A stretch of 54,634 nucleotides of DNA, filler included, from Streblomastix strix (GCA_008636045.1; 3 parts of 3 records of this genome joined end to end with filler, not necessarily neighbours in it), one strand, 5' to 3'; shown: positions 1-19,601, counted from the whole stretch's first letter. Numbers and translations: made by a program. Notes: generated from the sequence alone by a model not told the origin.

Positions 1-5692
<5,692 letters not shown>

Positions 5693-5885
5693 TAGATTAC
5701 AATGAAATAAATATAAATTAACGAGTGATAGGTATAGAATAAATAACTTTGTTGAATATCATAAAATGAATTCACTAAAATAACTCAATATTTTAAGACT
5801 TAATTAATTTGTACTATTATTAAATTATTAACTCTTTAATTTCATTTAATTTTTGAACTTTTAATAATTAAAAACTGATGAATAA

Positions 5886-6190
5886 ATGCAAACTCTAATA
5901 AAAGCAATTTTCATTCATTTATTCCTTTGCTATCCATCATCTTATTTTCATTTTTGTTGAATACTGTGAGTCTGAAAATAAAATATGTAAAAGATGTATA
6001 GTTCAAAGTGAAGGAAGTTGATATGTTGTAAACTGTAGGAAAATTGAAGATTCTAATTGTGAAGTACAGAGATATTTCCCCTGAAGATTAATGCCTTGTG
6101 TTTGGTGGAAAGATTCTTGAAGATAAACGAACACTGGAGTCATATGACATCAAGAAAAAAAGAATAATCAACCTTATTTAATCAGATTTT
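5886..6190 (+). pseudogene. Ubiquitin-like domain preceded by a hydrophobic leader, frameshifted
   Basis: Frame +2 reads TVGKLKILIVKYRDISPEDQCLVFGGKILEDKRTLESYDIKKKRIINLI (Ubl signature Q.L.F.GK.LED..TL..Y.I). The ATG at 5886 is out of frame with the leader FIPLLSIILFSFLL. No C-terminal GG. Confidence 0.65.
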
Positions 6191-6335
6191 TTAAAAGGAT
6201 ATTTGATGAAAGCTTTCTTATATGAAAAATATTTAAGAATTTTATATCTTTTATTTATTGAAAAACAATTTATTTATTTATAATATAAAACAATTCAGTA
6301 AAATAAAATAAATATAAATTCAAGTATTAATACAA

Positions 6336-9300
6336 TCATAATTTAAGAAAAACAATTTCATCATCCTCATTTAAGGAATACATCGGAACTTTCATATCAA
6401 TATTCTTCAACTCTAATTTCTTCTGTAAAGATAATTTCATTTCATTGAGTTACTTAACAAATGATATTTATATGTATATGTTCAGAAGATAATCAAACCA
6501 TCTCCTTGCTTGTACAGCTCCTTCACACAAAATCATTTCTCCAAACTGAATTCCCAATCTCTCGAATCCAGATATTGCCCTACCAGTACTTTGCACAAGT
6601 GCTCTGCATTCATCTTCAACATTTCTTATTTCTTTCATTCCTTGAATAATAATACCACTTTTCATTCTTTCATAATTATTAGTATCAATTTAATCCTATT
6701 TAATCTACTCACATTAATGTTTAATATTCCTTTCAATTTCATTCTTCTTCTGGTTCTTTAATTTGTGTATCATCTGCTCTTTCACTTATTCAATACTTCT
6801 TCCAGACTCAACAAGTGCTCCAATTGTTCGTTCAATGCGCCAAACACTCAAACGTTCAAGTGTTAATTATTCAATCACACTCACAATTCCACGAAAATGC
6901 ATATGTGTTAATTTCCATATTTTCTTATTTTCTCTTCTTTATATTAGTTGATTATTGGTTTTTAGTTTTTCAATTCGTGTTTTCCTCAGGAATATGAGTA
7001 CTGCTCTTTGAATAATTGATGCTGACTGATTTTCATCTAAATTTTAATACTTTGAGTTTACCTCATTATTTATCGCTATTTATTATTTCTATTTTTATTA
7101 TTTAATTATCGTATTTTTATTTTCAATCGTATTTTTATATTATCTTCTTGATTTCTTCAATTACATTTATTTTCTAAGCCAATGTTGAATCTTTCGTGCA
7201 ATTGACATTTCACTCAAAAATTATAAATTGTTAAAATCTTCATCATTAACATCAATTTCAGATTTATCCATAATTCCAATAAGATATTATGATTATGATG
7301 ATTGCATATAAAGAGCTTTTAATGATGACAAAGAAGAAAGAGAATAAGATTACTTTATTTAAAATCCAAATTTTTAATCTTATAAATGTTCTAAATATTA
7401 TTATTATTGTTGTTGTTGTTATTATTATTATTATTATTCTAATTATGAAGATGAAGATGGTGATTAAGAAGGAGATGGAGAATTACTTTGTATTTCTTTG
7501 ATTTCTTTCTCAATGTATTATTCATCAAAAAGTTGTTCTTCTCTTGGACATAGTGTGTATGTAAGTGATTTATCCTTCTCAGTTAATCCTTCTGATTACA
7601 TTTCAATCTCTTCATCAGAAGAAGAATCATCATCATCTTCTTCATCGTCTTCTTCATCATCTTCATCTTCATCTTCTTCCTCATCACTTTTAATTATAAT
7701 TGTTTATTATTATTATTATTATTATTTATTTCTCATATTCTCCTTCTACTTCTTCTTTTCTTAATCCTTCTTCTTCTTCCTTTCAATTCTCTCTTTTATT
7801 CTTTCTTCTCTTTCTTTTCTTCTTTATTCCTTCTTCATTCTCTTCTCATTCATCATCTACTTATGGTTACTCTCCCATTGATATTATCTGTCTCCTATTG
7901 TACTGTTCTCTAATTGGAAATAACAGTCATTGAGGAATCTGATATAATCTTCTCTATTTGTATCTATGCAATCTGAGAACCCTAATGAATTCATAGTAAC
8001 TTTGCAATAAAGAGGACGAATTGGAGATAGAGAATCACAGAGCAACAAACGAAGAGCAAATTCATCATCACCGCTTCTTCTAAGCAATGAATAGAATCTG
8101 GATTATTCTTCATCTAATTATTATTCTTATTCTTAATATTGCTATTTAGATTGTTATTAAGAACTAGTAGAAGATGAAGATTAATTAGTAAAAGGATTCT
8201 AATATTAATAAGAAGAAAAAGATGTTGATTGATGTGTAGTCTGTGAATATTCTCCATCTGAATCATTTTCTTCTTTTGTTTCCTTCATTTCCTCTTTCTA
8301 TATTAATTACTATTGTTATTAACTACTACTATCTGATTATGAAGACGGTTAATCTTTTAATTATGTTTATGATTATGAATTAGTAGATTATAAAGTCAAT
8401 GTATCATTTTCCTGATTGTTAGATACCTAATTTAGTGGTGAAGGTCTGAAAGGTAATTTCTTTATTAGTTATGAGGGTGTAAAAGTTGTCTATGAGATGA
8501 TGCTTTCAGAATTAGTTGGTATTGAATTGATATTCTTAGATTTTTTATTAATAGTTTAGTTTTAATATAATTGTTATTTCTGAACAGTATCAATTTATTT
8601 GTATAAATATTTCTTATTGTTAATGTTGATATTATCGTAATCACAATAACTACTCACATCAAATTAATAGTAAGGGTGAACTCTAATATTCGCATCTTCA
8701 TCATCCTCATCATAAATTAATCCAAGTTCTTTTTTCTTCTATATTTTAATTCCTGTTTCTATTTATTATTTCAAAGTCCTTATTTTACGATTAGGAAATG
8801 AAGAAGGAGGATGAATGAGTAATTATGATTATTATTATTATGATTATTATTACTATTATTATTATTGTAATTATAATATAAGTTTCTTCTATAATCCTCG
8901 TGGGAATGTTGATAATGAATTGTATGTATGTATGGATGTATTTGATGTATTTGAACTCACACTGCTCTTTTCATCTTATTCTTATTCATTCTTCTTTTTT
9001 TATTCTTTTTGTTCTTATTATTCTTGATAATCTTTCAAGGACTACTTTGGCTAATATTAAATACCAAATTTCTGTCCATTATTTTCAAATAGATCCTTCA
9101 TATTGTTTATTTTCATAGTATTTGAATCATTGTCTGTATTTCGTATGAGTGATTGTGTTGCAGTGTGTATAGCATGTCTATTCAAAGTGAGAAGTATTGT
9201 AGCATCTTCAGAGAAGGGTGTATTATAATAAGAAGATTATTATTATGGAATTATTGGAGAAGTTTGTTATGAAGTTAAATGATTTGATTAATCTTCCTAT

Positions 9301-12300
9301 AAAATAATTGGATTATTAGATACAGATTATTATGAATTATCCTGTTATTATTATATCTATTATAATGGTGAATGAGATTGATGTTATATTTAAGATAATG
9401 AATCAGATTTTAGTTTTTATAATAAATTCTTAGATTAATGTAATGATAAGTTAGTTGATGAAATTAAATGATCATTTGGTTGATTTGTTATTTTCTCGCT
9501 TTCTTTTTCTTATTCAATATTTTATTTTTTTAATTCAATTCCATTTAAATTTTAAATTGTATTTATTTATTTATTTTCTTTGTCTTTTGATTATTTGTTT
9601 TCTTATTTAGTGATTTTATCTCCAAATATTATACAATTATAATAGTTACCATAATTATATATGTTATAGAATTGAGATTAATCATGTTTCTACACCAATT
9701 TATTATTATCTTCTTTTTCTCCATATTCATTTTCTTCAATATCTTTATTCTATTCATTTTAATCTTCCTTCATCTTCCTTTGATTTCTTCTTCTCTCTCT
9801 ATCCTATGCTATTAATATCTTCTCCATCTATTCCAATGCCTATATCTTCATTATCTTAGTGTATATATGTGAAGATGCATTCATACTCTACTCCAATATA
9901 ACTATAGACTGTCTGTGTGGAGCTGATTATGTCTCAGGTGATGAAGAGAAGACAGTTGTTGATGCATATTATGTAGATGATGGATATTGTGAGTGTGTTG
10001 GACTATTGGGAGTGAGATACTAATAATAATCTAAATATTAATATGGGATTGGTTTATCTGATTATGATGTGTACTATCTATTGGGTAGCAGTGATAGAGT
10101 ATATGGTGATGCTGGTGAGTATCTGAATTGATCCTAATAATCTAAATTGCTCTCTTTTTATTTATTAGGAGAATTCTTATTCATTAATTATTACCATTAT
10201 TAGATCTGAGTAATTCTCCTTTCCTTTCTCATTGGATAATATGGGAATACCATAAATGATCTCAGAAATGCTTGCATTCTCCTTCTCATTACATATATAT
10301 CCTTGTCCATATCTATGAATATTGGATTGAATGTTATTGACTGTGAAGGTATTGGTACTTTTGGGAGTAAGTATTGAAGATTAGGAAGTTATTATATTGT
10401 TAGACGTGGATATGTGTGTGACTATGAATTTGGATTAGAATATTATGTATTACTGATTAAATTAGTATGTTTTGGTTTAGTTTATTTATTCTCTTCCTAT
10501 TTAATCTGTTTCTATTGTTATTATTTCTAATCTTATTATTTCTAATCTTTTTATTTATTCTCTTCTTATTATTTATTCTCTTATTTATTCTCTTATTTAT
10601 TCTTTTCTTATTAATTATCTTCCTCATTCTACACTCTATGAATATGAGAATTTGATGATGTGATTAGTGTATTGAATGAAGGAAGATTTGATGATTATGA
10701 AGATTATTATGAAGATGTTAGTGCAGAATAAGAAGTCAATGATTATGAAGTTAATTAATTATATTGAGCAGTTTATTAAGAAGAAAAAATTGTGTTTGTT
10801 TATGAAGTTTAAAGTGCAAACTTATTTGGAGGTGTAAATGGAGTAAATTAAGGAGACGATTATTAAGGAGGTTATAAATAAGATTATTATTATAATAAAG
10901 ATTAAGATTATTATTAAGTAAATGACATAGGTTATAAATGTGTAGATTACAATGAATTAGGAGAAGATGTATATAATATTCAATTTTTATCTTTTATTAA
11001 TTAATTATCTGCTTTAAGGCTCATTAAATTAGTATAATATACATTATTATCGTTTTTGTTTAATATTTATTAATAATTCTATCCAAGAGGAGGAAGATGA
11101 AACTATTTACCTTATTTATGATCTTATTCATCAGTAATATTTTATTCTTTTATTAATTTTTCTCCATTTTCTTATGAGCCAAAAGACTTTGTTTTTTTAC
11201 TTTATTTCATCTGTGACTGTTAATTTACATCAGAAAAAAATGTCAATTTTTAATCTTAATTAATTTATTATTGTTAAAACTTGTCTAAGAAAGGAAATTT
11301 GTACAAATCAGCTCCAACACTACGATTGATAGAAGAAGTTTTAGGCTTTTGTTTCAATTATGATTATTATTATTAATCAGATTTCTTTTACCATTAATAA
11401 GATGTTTGTATAGAAGGCCATAATTCATCAGTTTATTCAACATTCTAAATATCAGTTAATGAATTAGATGAATGAAGTGATAAAGATGTATGCGATGGTT
11501 ATTATTAATAATCTATTTAATCTGTTTATTATAAATTAGTTTAATTCGGAGTTTGTGCTTTTATATTTGTTTTAATGTTTCCTCTCTATTATTGAACTGA
11601 TTATCTTAATTTCCTCATTTATTACCATTCATTCTATTTCTGATTCTCCTTCTTTCTTTCTGAATCTTATTTCATTATCATTTGTTCAGATTTTTGTCCA
11701 ATTATTATCAAGTCAGATTATTTATTATTTTTATTCATTTGATTATTAGTTAATTGCAAAGAAGAAATAACTGAATTCTATGTATTGTAGATATTGGATA
11801 CATTACTCCTATGTGTTCTTTATGAATAATCAAAACTGTCATTCACATTATCATTATCATCAAAGAACCAATTATTTATGTTGTTACTGTTCTTATTCCT
11901 ATTCTTATTCTTATTATATCTTCTACTTTCATTATGACTTTCACGGAATGAATCTTCTTCTTTTTCATTTATTTTATTATTATATTTCTTTCCTTATTAT
12001 TCATCTATTTATTATCCTTCATTCATATTCAAATATTATGATCCAAATATACCAACTCTGGAAATTGGAGTTTAATTGTTCATTGAATCAGGTGTATATT
12101 ATCGGATATCAATTGGATTATTATTATAGTTATTATTATTGACATTAATTATATTGGCTTAATAATTACTGTCAATATTATTATTATCAGTGTCATAAAA
12201 TTTGAAATTTAAATTTCTGTCGGTCTTATTATTACACAATGAACCTATAATTGGGCTATTCTATTCAAATAAATTATATTACTGACTTTTAGATTATCTT

Positions 12301-13373
12301 GATTTCATTTGACTGTAATTTGCATTTCTTTACAAACTGATCTTTGATAGTTCATCCTTTTCTCTTTATAATCTCCATTCTTATTCTTTCTATTATTCAA
12401 TCTCTTTCTATTTAACCTTTTCTTTCATTTATTCTCTTCTTATTTATTCATTAGATTAATATGGTTTCCTTATTAAATTGAATGAATTCTTATTTGATTG
12501 GATTTATTATAGTAATTTCTAATACTATTAACGAGTAATATCTTGTTAAGCTACTGATGCTATTGAATACATAGCATCAGATTATGAAGAAGTTGCATTT
12601 GATTGAGTTGCAGAAGTTATAAATGTTTACTATTATTATTATAATTATTATTAAGAATTAGATTTTTAAGGAATATTGAATGTTACTTACTTCTCATTAT
12701 TCATTTAATTCATTTATTTATCCTTATTTAATTAAACATCTAATTAAAGCGGTTTAATAACAGAAGATCTGGATATTTAATAAGGAGAGGCTAAAGTTTT
12801 ATTAAATGATGATTAAAAGTTTGTTTTATTAGAAGGAATAAAGTTCTGTGATTGAGATGTAGAATTCAAAGAGTTTGATTATTAAGAAAGAAATAGAGGT
12901 GATGAATTAATTGAATTTTTTGGTAAATTTAATTGTTATTGTTATTATAAGTTGGATTTTTAAGAAATTGAAGAGTTGTTTTGGTACGTATTTTAATCTA
13001 TAATTTCTGATGGATTTTACTAGTCTTTATTAGCTATCTTATTTTTCCAATTAATTCTGCGATTGTTTGAACTATATTTAGGTGCACTATCAAATTCATA
13101 GTTCATTCGCCTCGTATTGGCTACTGCCTAGTTATTAGCAGATCTTTTTTTCTTGATTCGCTTCTCCGCTGAAGACAAACGAACAGCTTCACTAATACCC
13201 ATAGAAGAAGTGATTTTTATTAAAGGCGAACCTATAATTTTTTATGATGATTGCACCGAATTGTCAGATATTTTGTTCTATTTAATGTCAATAAAGCTGA
13301 TGCTCAAATTCCTCGTTGTACCGAATTGCAAACCATCAGCACGAGTTTTAGTTCGCGGTGTCTGAACTTGCAT
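6336..13373 (-). CDS. Large (~2345 aa) Gln/Ser/Asn-rich hypothetical protein
   Basis: ATG 13373 to TGA 6336 is 7038 nt in one frame under TAR=Gln. Spot checks at ~6470, 6840, 7900-8090 and 10260 are in frame and protein-like. Not every codon was checked. Confidence 0.8.
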
Positions 13374-13658
13374 TATGGTATAATATCTATATGTTAAAAA
13401 TATATATTCAAAATAGATAGAAAATATAGAAACAACGATTATCAACTCAGTATCAATTTAATATTTCTTATTATCATCTATATAATCTTTAAAACTTACG
13501 GAAATATCAAAAATTGTACATAAAACAGTGAAATTCAACAAACTGTAAAAATTTAACGTTTACCTCCGAAATTGATTTTCCTACTTATCTGAAAGTTATA
13601 TTATTTATATATTTATTTATTTATTTAGTTTATATTGCTTCTTTAATACTATTTAGAT

Positions 13659-14909
13659 ATGTAAGATACACTGTGGACCGGTAAAAAGTTAGATTTAATA
13701 GGCTTTGGATCTGTTTTCTTGCCACCAGGAGAAGCTAAAAGGTTTGAAAGTTTATTTCTAGGGATTCTATATGAACATTTTATATTTTTGGCATTTAAGA
13801 ACGTTTATTGATGCAGTTGACGTTGGATATAGGCATTTCGATTTTGCTGGTTTGATAATAGAAAAATATAAGTTAAAAATTGATCATTTGGATTTTATTT
13901 TCTCAGAAATGTACGGCAATTAGAAAGAGCTAGGTGAAGGTTTTATTTATTACTAATTTATTAGTGATTTTCATCTTTCAAAAAAAACCCTTTTTTTTGA
14001 ACAGGAATAAATGAAGTTCTTTCAGCAGGTAAAGTTAAGAGAGAAGACCTCTGGATTACATCAAAACTTTGGAATACCGAGCATCATCCTTAACATGTTG
14101 AAGCTGCATGCCGAAAAACCTTATCAGACCTGCAACTTTCCTATCTGGATCTTTACCATGTACATGGTCTTGTGGGATTAGCTCGTGGATAAGGATATTT
14201 CCCAAAAGATAAAGATGGGAAATCATTATGGGATGAAGATAGAGTTCCACTGATTGATACATGGAGAGAGATGGAGAAACTTGTTGATAAAGGGTTAGTC
14301 AGATAAATTGGGATATGCAATGCTCCTGTGTCTGTTATAAACGATCTTTGGGCGGGTGCAAGGATTAAACCAGCTGTTGTATAAGTAGAACTTCATGTTT
14401 TCAACCAAATGAGAAGATTAATTGAATTCTGCGGGTAAATACTGTTTTGAAAATTTTAAAAATAATTTTTATATATTAATTTCGGCAGATCAAAATCCAT
14501 TCATGTGACTGCATTTTGCCCCTTAGCAAGATGTGGATAAAATACAATAGTGAGAAGTGAAGTCATACACTTAGGACAGAAGATTACCCCTGAATAAGCT
14601 GCAGCTGATAAAAAGAAAGTCAATATATTTGAGAATGAGACCCTGAAGAAGATTGCATCTAAGCATAAGAAGACTATTCCATAAGTAGCTCTGAGGTACA
14701 TAGTTTAATTAGGAGAGGATATTGGTAAGCCCTGGAGTAGAAAGCTGGTGTCTGTGATCCCAAAGAGCCAGGTGAAGACCAGATAGATTGAGAACTTTAA
14801 CTCATGGTTCACTCTGGATAAAGAAGACATGGATGAGTTGGAGGGTCTTGACGAAGGTCTGAGAGTGTGTCTGGGGCCTATCGGATACGGCCTTCCTACG
14901 TTTGAATGA
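13659..14909 (+). CDS. Aldo-keto reductase (AKR), 5 exons
   Basis: Motifs LIGFGS, GYRHFDFAEMYGNQ, REDLWITSKLWN, YLDLYHVH, DTWREMEKLVDKGLVRQIGICN, VQVELH and VIPKS. D-Y-K-H tetrad present. Four short GT-AG introns. TGA stop. Confidence 0.93.
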
Positions 14910-15029
14910 CCATTCTGTGAAATTATTTAACTGTAAAATACAATCAGAATTAGTCAATATTATATCAAACTAATAAAAATCCATTAAAATCCAGAGAAAA
15001 AAATTCCAAAAAGCAAAATCGAATTTACC

Positions 15030-16270
15030 TTAAATCAGTATTTCCTAACATAATTAGTTTTTAGCTTTGTTTCTTTAAAATGTTTATAATATGCACCATA
15101 TAATAAAAACACTTTCATAAACCAATATTATCTAAAAGTGGAGGAATTTAATTCTTTGGATCATGGCTGGGCCATTTTTTAAAGTATTCATAGGTTTTAT
15201 TAACCATACAAGTTGAATGGGTATGTTAAAGTCGATCAGTTTATTAACCTCTTCGAATATCTCATAAAACTGATTATTTGTATAATCAATGTGTGAATCT
15301 TATATTATATGTTACAACTACTGTTATAAATAGATGAAGTTGGATTTGAGTAGAGTTGTGAAAGTGGAAAGTGCTTGTTTCAATATATTAAGATCAATTT
15401 CGGGTTAATTTTGTGCAGGAATTTGTACATCAGCATTTCAATCATACACATATTTCAATAATAAAGGTGATTTTCCAATCAAAGCAGATTGAGGAAGTTT
15501 AATTTTTCCATTTCTTAAAATATATTCTATTAAGATAGTTCTTATTGTGTGTGAATTAATTAATGAATATTCAAAATTAGCATATTAATGAATAGCTAAT
15601 GGATGTGCTGGATTATATAGTAATGTTGATGAAGTTTTTGAAAATTTATATTTTATTAATTCGATTAATTTTATTCACTATTCATTGATTGAGTTGACTT
15701 TGCTAATATTGGTTAATGTATAATAAGTCAATGTGGTTTCTATTCGATTTTAGAAAATAATCTTATTTCTCAAGTTAAATATGATCAATTTATATCTCAT
15801 TTTCTTTATTCATATCTTTTGTTCCTGAATAATTAGTGCTAGATAAAATAGGATTGTTTTTTCTTTCTGTTTCATTATCTTATCTTTAAATATATTTCTC
15901 AATCTATTCGGATATATCCTTATTCGAATCATTAAGGATATATAATGATAATTATTTCGAAACATTCATATCAAATTAAATATGATCAATTATTGAATGA
16001 TGTACAATTCTACTATTAAGACATATAACAAGTCCTTTTACTATATTTTGATCTTCAATTATTTGGGCATCATCTTATTCATTTAGAGAATTGAATTTGA
16101 GTTTCTCTTCACTATTCAGAATTAAACTCAACTTCTTTTATTATGATTTGGATTTGATGTTATATTTGGTAGTATTAATTTCTTCTTTTTATTCAGTTGA
16201 TGATTCATTATCTTTTTCACTATTATTTGCAGACTTTTAATTTTTATTCATCTTATTTAAATCTTATCCA
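15030..16270 (-). pseudogene. Degenerate coding sequence of unknown family, downstream of and apparently fused to the thiolase fragment
   Basis: Protein-like stretches (PEIDLNILKQALSTFTTLLKSNF...FYEIFEEVNKLIDF) with an in-frame TGA at 15438-15440 and frame changes. Confidence 0.4.
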
Positions 16271-16782
16271 TATTTGTTTTTAATTGAAATTACCTTATTA
16301 TCGAATATTCCATCTTTCAAAGCTTGTATAGCACTCTTAAAAGAGCAAATTGCATATTCATCCTGTTATTCAAGTGTAATTCCTTCTTTTGAAGCCATAT
16401 GATCCCATATTTCGAACATCAATTAATTTACATTCGGTTCATATAGACAATCAAATAATAAACTGTTGATTATTGAATATTAATCAATTTAGATCTAATT
16501 AAGTATTTCTTGTGCCAATTTAGTTGTTATGAGATTACTTGTTATTTCAGGTGAAGATTTTAATTCGGATTATGCTTCCCTAATTAATCGACGAGGTATA
16601 TTCAATAGTTTCATTCCACAGGAGCAGAATTTGATAATTGTCGTTGTTATTACACTCAAAGGAAGTCATGCATTCAATACGGCCTGTTTTGCGGCATTGG
16701 GTTAACCGGCTGCTTGAATAGCTTATCCAAAATATGCAAAATGAAATTAATTTGAATCAATTTTAGATATTTAGACGGCATC
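16270..16782 (-). pseudogene. Thiolase (acetyl-CoA acetyltransferase) N-terminal domain fragment
   Basis: Reads FGQAIQAAGQPNAAKQAVLNA*LPLSVITTTIIKFCSCGMK ... LLFDCLYEP ... EGITLEQQDEYAICSFKSAIQALKDGIF. In-frame TGA at 16666-16668 replaces the G of AGLP. The C-terminal thiolase domain is absent. Confidence 0.8.
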
Positions 16783-17857
16783 TAATCAAATAAATAAATA
16801 AATATTGAATGAATAAATAAATAAATATAGAATGAAAAAGTGCATACTTAGCGTATAAAGTTTCTATCTATGTCGGGATTTAGTAAAGATTATGATGTTA
16901 ACATCTAAAAAATATTTAAAAATATAAAAATAAAAATCAAATAAATTTATTGAAGAGTTAATGCAACTGAAACAGAAAGTAAAATGAATTTGAGTTTAAG
17001 TATTCTATTTCTACAATTTGAAAAGTTAAATTAATAATAAAAATATTGTATAGAACATATGGACATGTAGAATAAATACTATATTAATAAAATTATACTT
17101 TTCAATCTTGCATCAAACGCATTTATTATTGGAAAAATTAAATCAATTTTAATTGGTTATAAATAGCTGAAAATATATAAAATTATGATAAAATAATAAC
17201 AATTAAATGTATATTTCAGAATTTGTGATTCAATATACTTAAAAATATAAACATGGATAAATGAATGAAAATGTAAAAAATGAAAGGATCTGCAATTAAT
17301 ATAGCTAATCACTCATTAATATGAATACTAAAAATAAATTTTTATCAAATTTTAATGATGAAAATATGAATGTCCTTTTTTATTTTGAGAAATGCTCCCA
17401 TTTGTTAATCCTAAAAAATTTGTATGATTCTCTAGCTTAGGAACTAGCACTTCCAAGATTAATTCAACTTATGCAAAAATATAACCAATAATGCATATCC
17501 ATGAGTTATTTACATACCAGAACACAGCCGAAAAAATTATTCCGAATATCTGTTGATTTCTCTCTTAATGCTCATGTAAAACTTTTTGAATATCAAATAA
17601 ATGCAATAGGGCATGAAATTCTATTCTTTTCCATCAATATCCATCTATTACACTTATCCAAAAAATCGCTAAGGATTATAAAAAGTTCCATACTAATGCA
17701 GTTAACGCTGTTGTTTGCTTGTAGAATGATGTTATTTGTGTAGCAAACATCGGGAAAATGATTTATCTATCTATGCATTGTAATGCATTAATTAGAAATT
17801 GCTTCGTTCTCGATTACAACTGCCATTAACTGATTTTCGAGTATCGCTCGATTAATA

Positions 17858-17941
17858 ACTGCCGAACGCTGGCTTACGACTGCCGCACACTGGTTTAAGA
17901 CTGTCACGCATTGGTTTATGATTGCCACAGACTAATTTTAA
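17858..17941. repeat. Degenerate 21-bp tandem repeat (~4 copies)
   Basis: actgccgaacgctggcttacg / actgccgcacactggtttaag / actgtcacgcattggtttatg / attgccacagactaattttaa. Confidence 0.7.
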
Positions 17942-18171
17942 ACCACTTAACGTTCATCTATATCTGAATAATGTAAATATTCGCACTATTTGTAATTATT
18001 CCACCATATTATTATTTTCTTGAAACAGTCCACTATATTTACAGCTCCATTTAATATTTAACATATTAATCTAAACCCTTCATAATAAGTTCTTAATCCT
18101 TAATATAATTATATTACTGTCCAAGTGTGAAATTTACTTTTTTTCAACTGTAAAGATCAAATAATAATATC

Positions 18172-18271
18172 NNNNNNNNNNNNNNNNNNNNNNNNNNNNN
18201 NNNNNNNNNNNNNNNTTAATTAATTAANNNNNNNNNNNNNNNNNNNNNNNNNNNNNNNNNNNNNNNNNNNN
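18172..18271. other. Artificial contig-joining linker
   Basis: 44 N + TTAATTAATTAA (six-frame stop in the standard code) + 44 N. Confidence 0.98.
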
Positions 18272-19601
18272 TTGTGCTTGCTTTTATTGGCCTTGTTCTG
18301 GGTACAAAAGAGAAGAACGTGCTTATTGTGTACTTCAGTCTTACAGGTACTACTGAAAAAGTTTGCTTCTGTTTCTACATTGCGTTCTTAATACAAAATA
18401 TTTTTTTTCTGACGCACAGGTTGTTTATGATCTAGAAAAACATATCATTGCTTCATCTCGGGTATGCACCAATATATTTATTTCAATTAATAAAATAAAT
18501 TCTTTGAGCAGGATCCGATAACTGTTCAAAAAGAAAATCTTAATTGCATTGCTGTTGACGAGAAACGGAACCAAGGATTGAAGCTGTTTATAGATATTGC
18601 AAGAGGAAAAGAAGCACTGAAATGCGATGATATAAAAATTGATGTTGGAAAGTTTGATGGAGTTGTTGTAGCTGGACCTGTTTGGGATCACACATGCGCT
18701 CAGCCATTAGCAACTTGGGCTGAACGAGGATACCTATTAAAATCAAAGAAAACATTCTTTTTGAGCATTTCAAAGAGTTCTGAACCAGGAAAATTCTATC
18801 AAAGTATAACCCATTAAATTAAAGCCTTTTTAAAATTAATTTTTTCTTTACTTTATATAGAACTATAGAAATACAGTGGTGTAGAAGAGAATGGACATCT
18901 TAATGTGAAAATTCAAAATTGGAATAACAAAGATGCAAATAAACAAGAGAAATCATAAGAATAAATTGATAATTTTGCTCGAGATATTCTTTAGAAGAGC
19001 GAAATAAGAGTTTATTCTAAAGATCCAATAATTTAATAATAAGAACGAGAAGAAGATGAAAAAAAGAAATAAGAAGAGGTATTAATAAATTCATTAATAA
19101 ACATTAATAATAAACATTATTAATAAACATTATTAAATTTGAATTAATTATATACATTTTCTTATTTATTTACTTATTTATCAGTTAAAGAAAAAGAAAG
19201 TTACAAAACAAACTAGCACTATCATCAATGGAACAGATGAACATACAGAAAACACAGGAAATAAGGATTCATGGAAAAATAAGATTATTCAAGTTCCTGG
19301 AAAAGCAAAAGAAATAACATAAGGATTTCTTAATATATTCACAAAGAAGAATAAAAAAGATGAAAAAGAATAGAAAATTGAGAAAAAAAAAGAAATTGAA
19401 GATAAAATAAAGAAAGAAAAAGAGAAATAAGAAAAGAAAGAAAAAGAAAAGATTGAAGAAGAAGAAAGAAAAAGAGTTGAGAATTTAAAGAAAGAAGAAT
19501 AGAATAAACTTAAAGAAATTGAAAAGAAAGCGAAAGAAGAAGAGAAGAAATTAAAAGAAGCAGGAAAGAAAGCAAAAGAAGCTTTAAATAAAAAGATATG
19601 A
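18272..19601 (+). CDS. Flavodoxin-like protein with hydrophobic N-terminus and K/E-rich coiled-coil tail (5'-truncated, intron-containing)
   Basis: VLAFIGLVLG followed by KNVLIVYFSLTGTTEKV (FMN phosphate loop) and FDGVVVAGPVWD. Four GT-AG introns. TGA at 19599-19601. Confidence 0.85.

Noticed and set aside
16666..16668. In-frame TGA as evidence for TGA=Trp or selenocysteine
   Set aside because: It aligns to the Gly of the thiolase AGLP motif in a truncated pseudogene, so it is a nonsense mutation.
18172..18271. Palindromic TTAATTAATTAA flanked by N runs (also 36424-36523)
   Set aside because: Identical synthetic linker between contigs. Gene neighbourhoods across it have no biological meaning.
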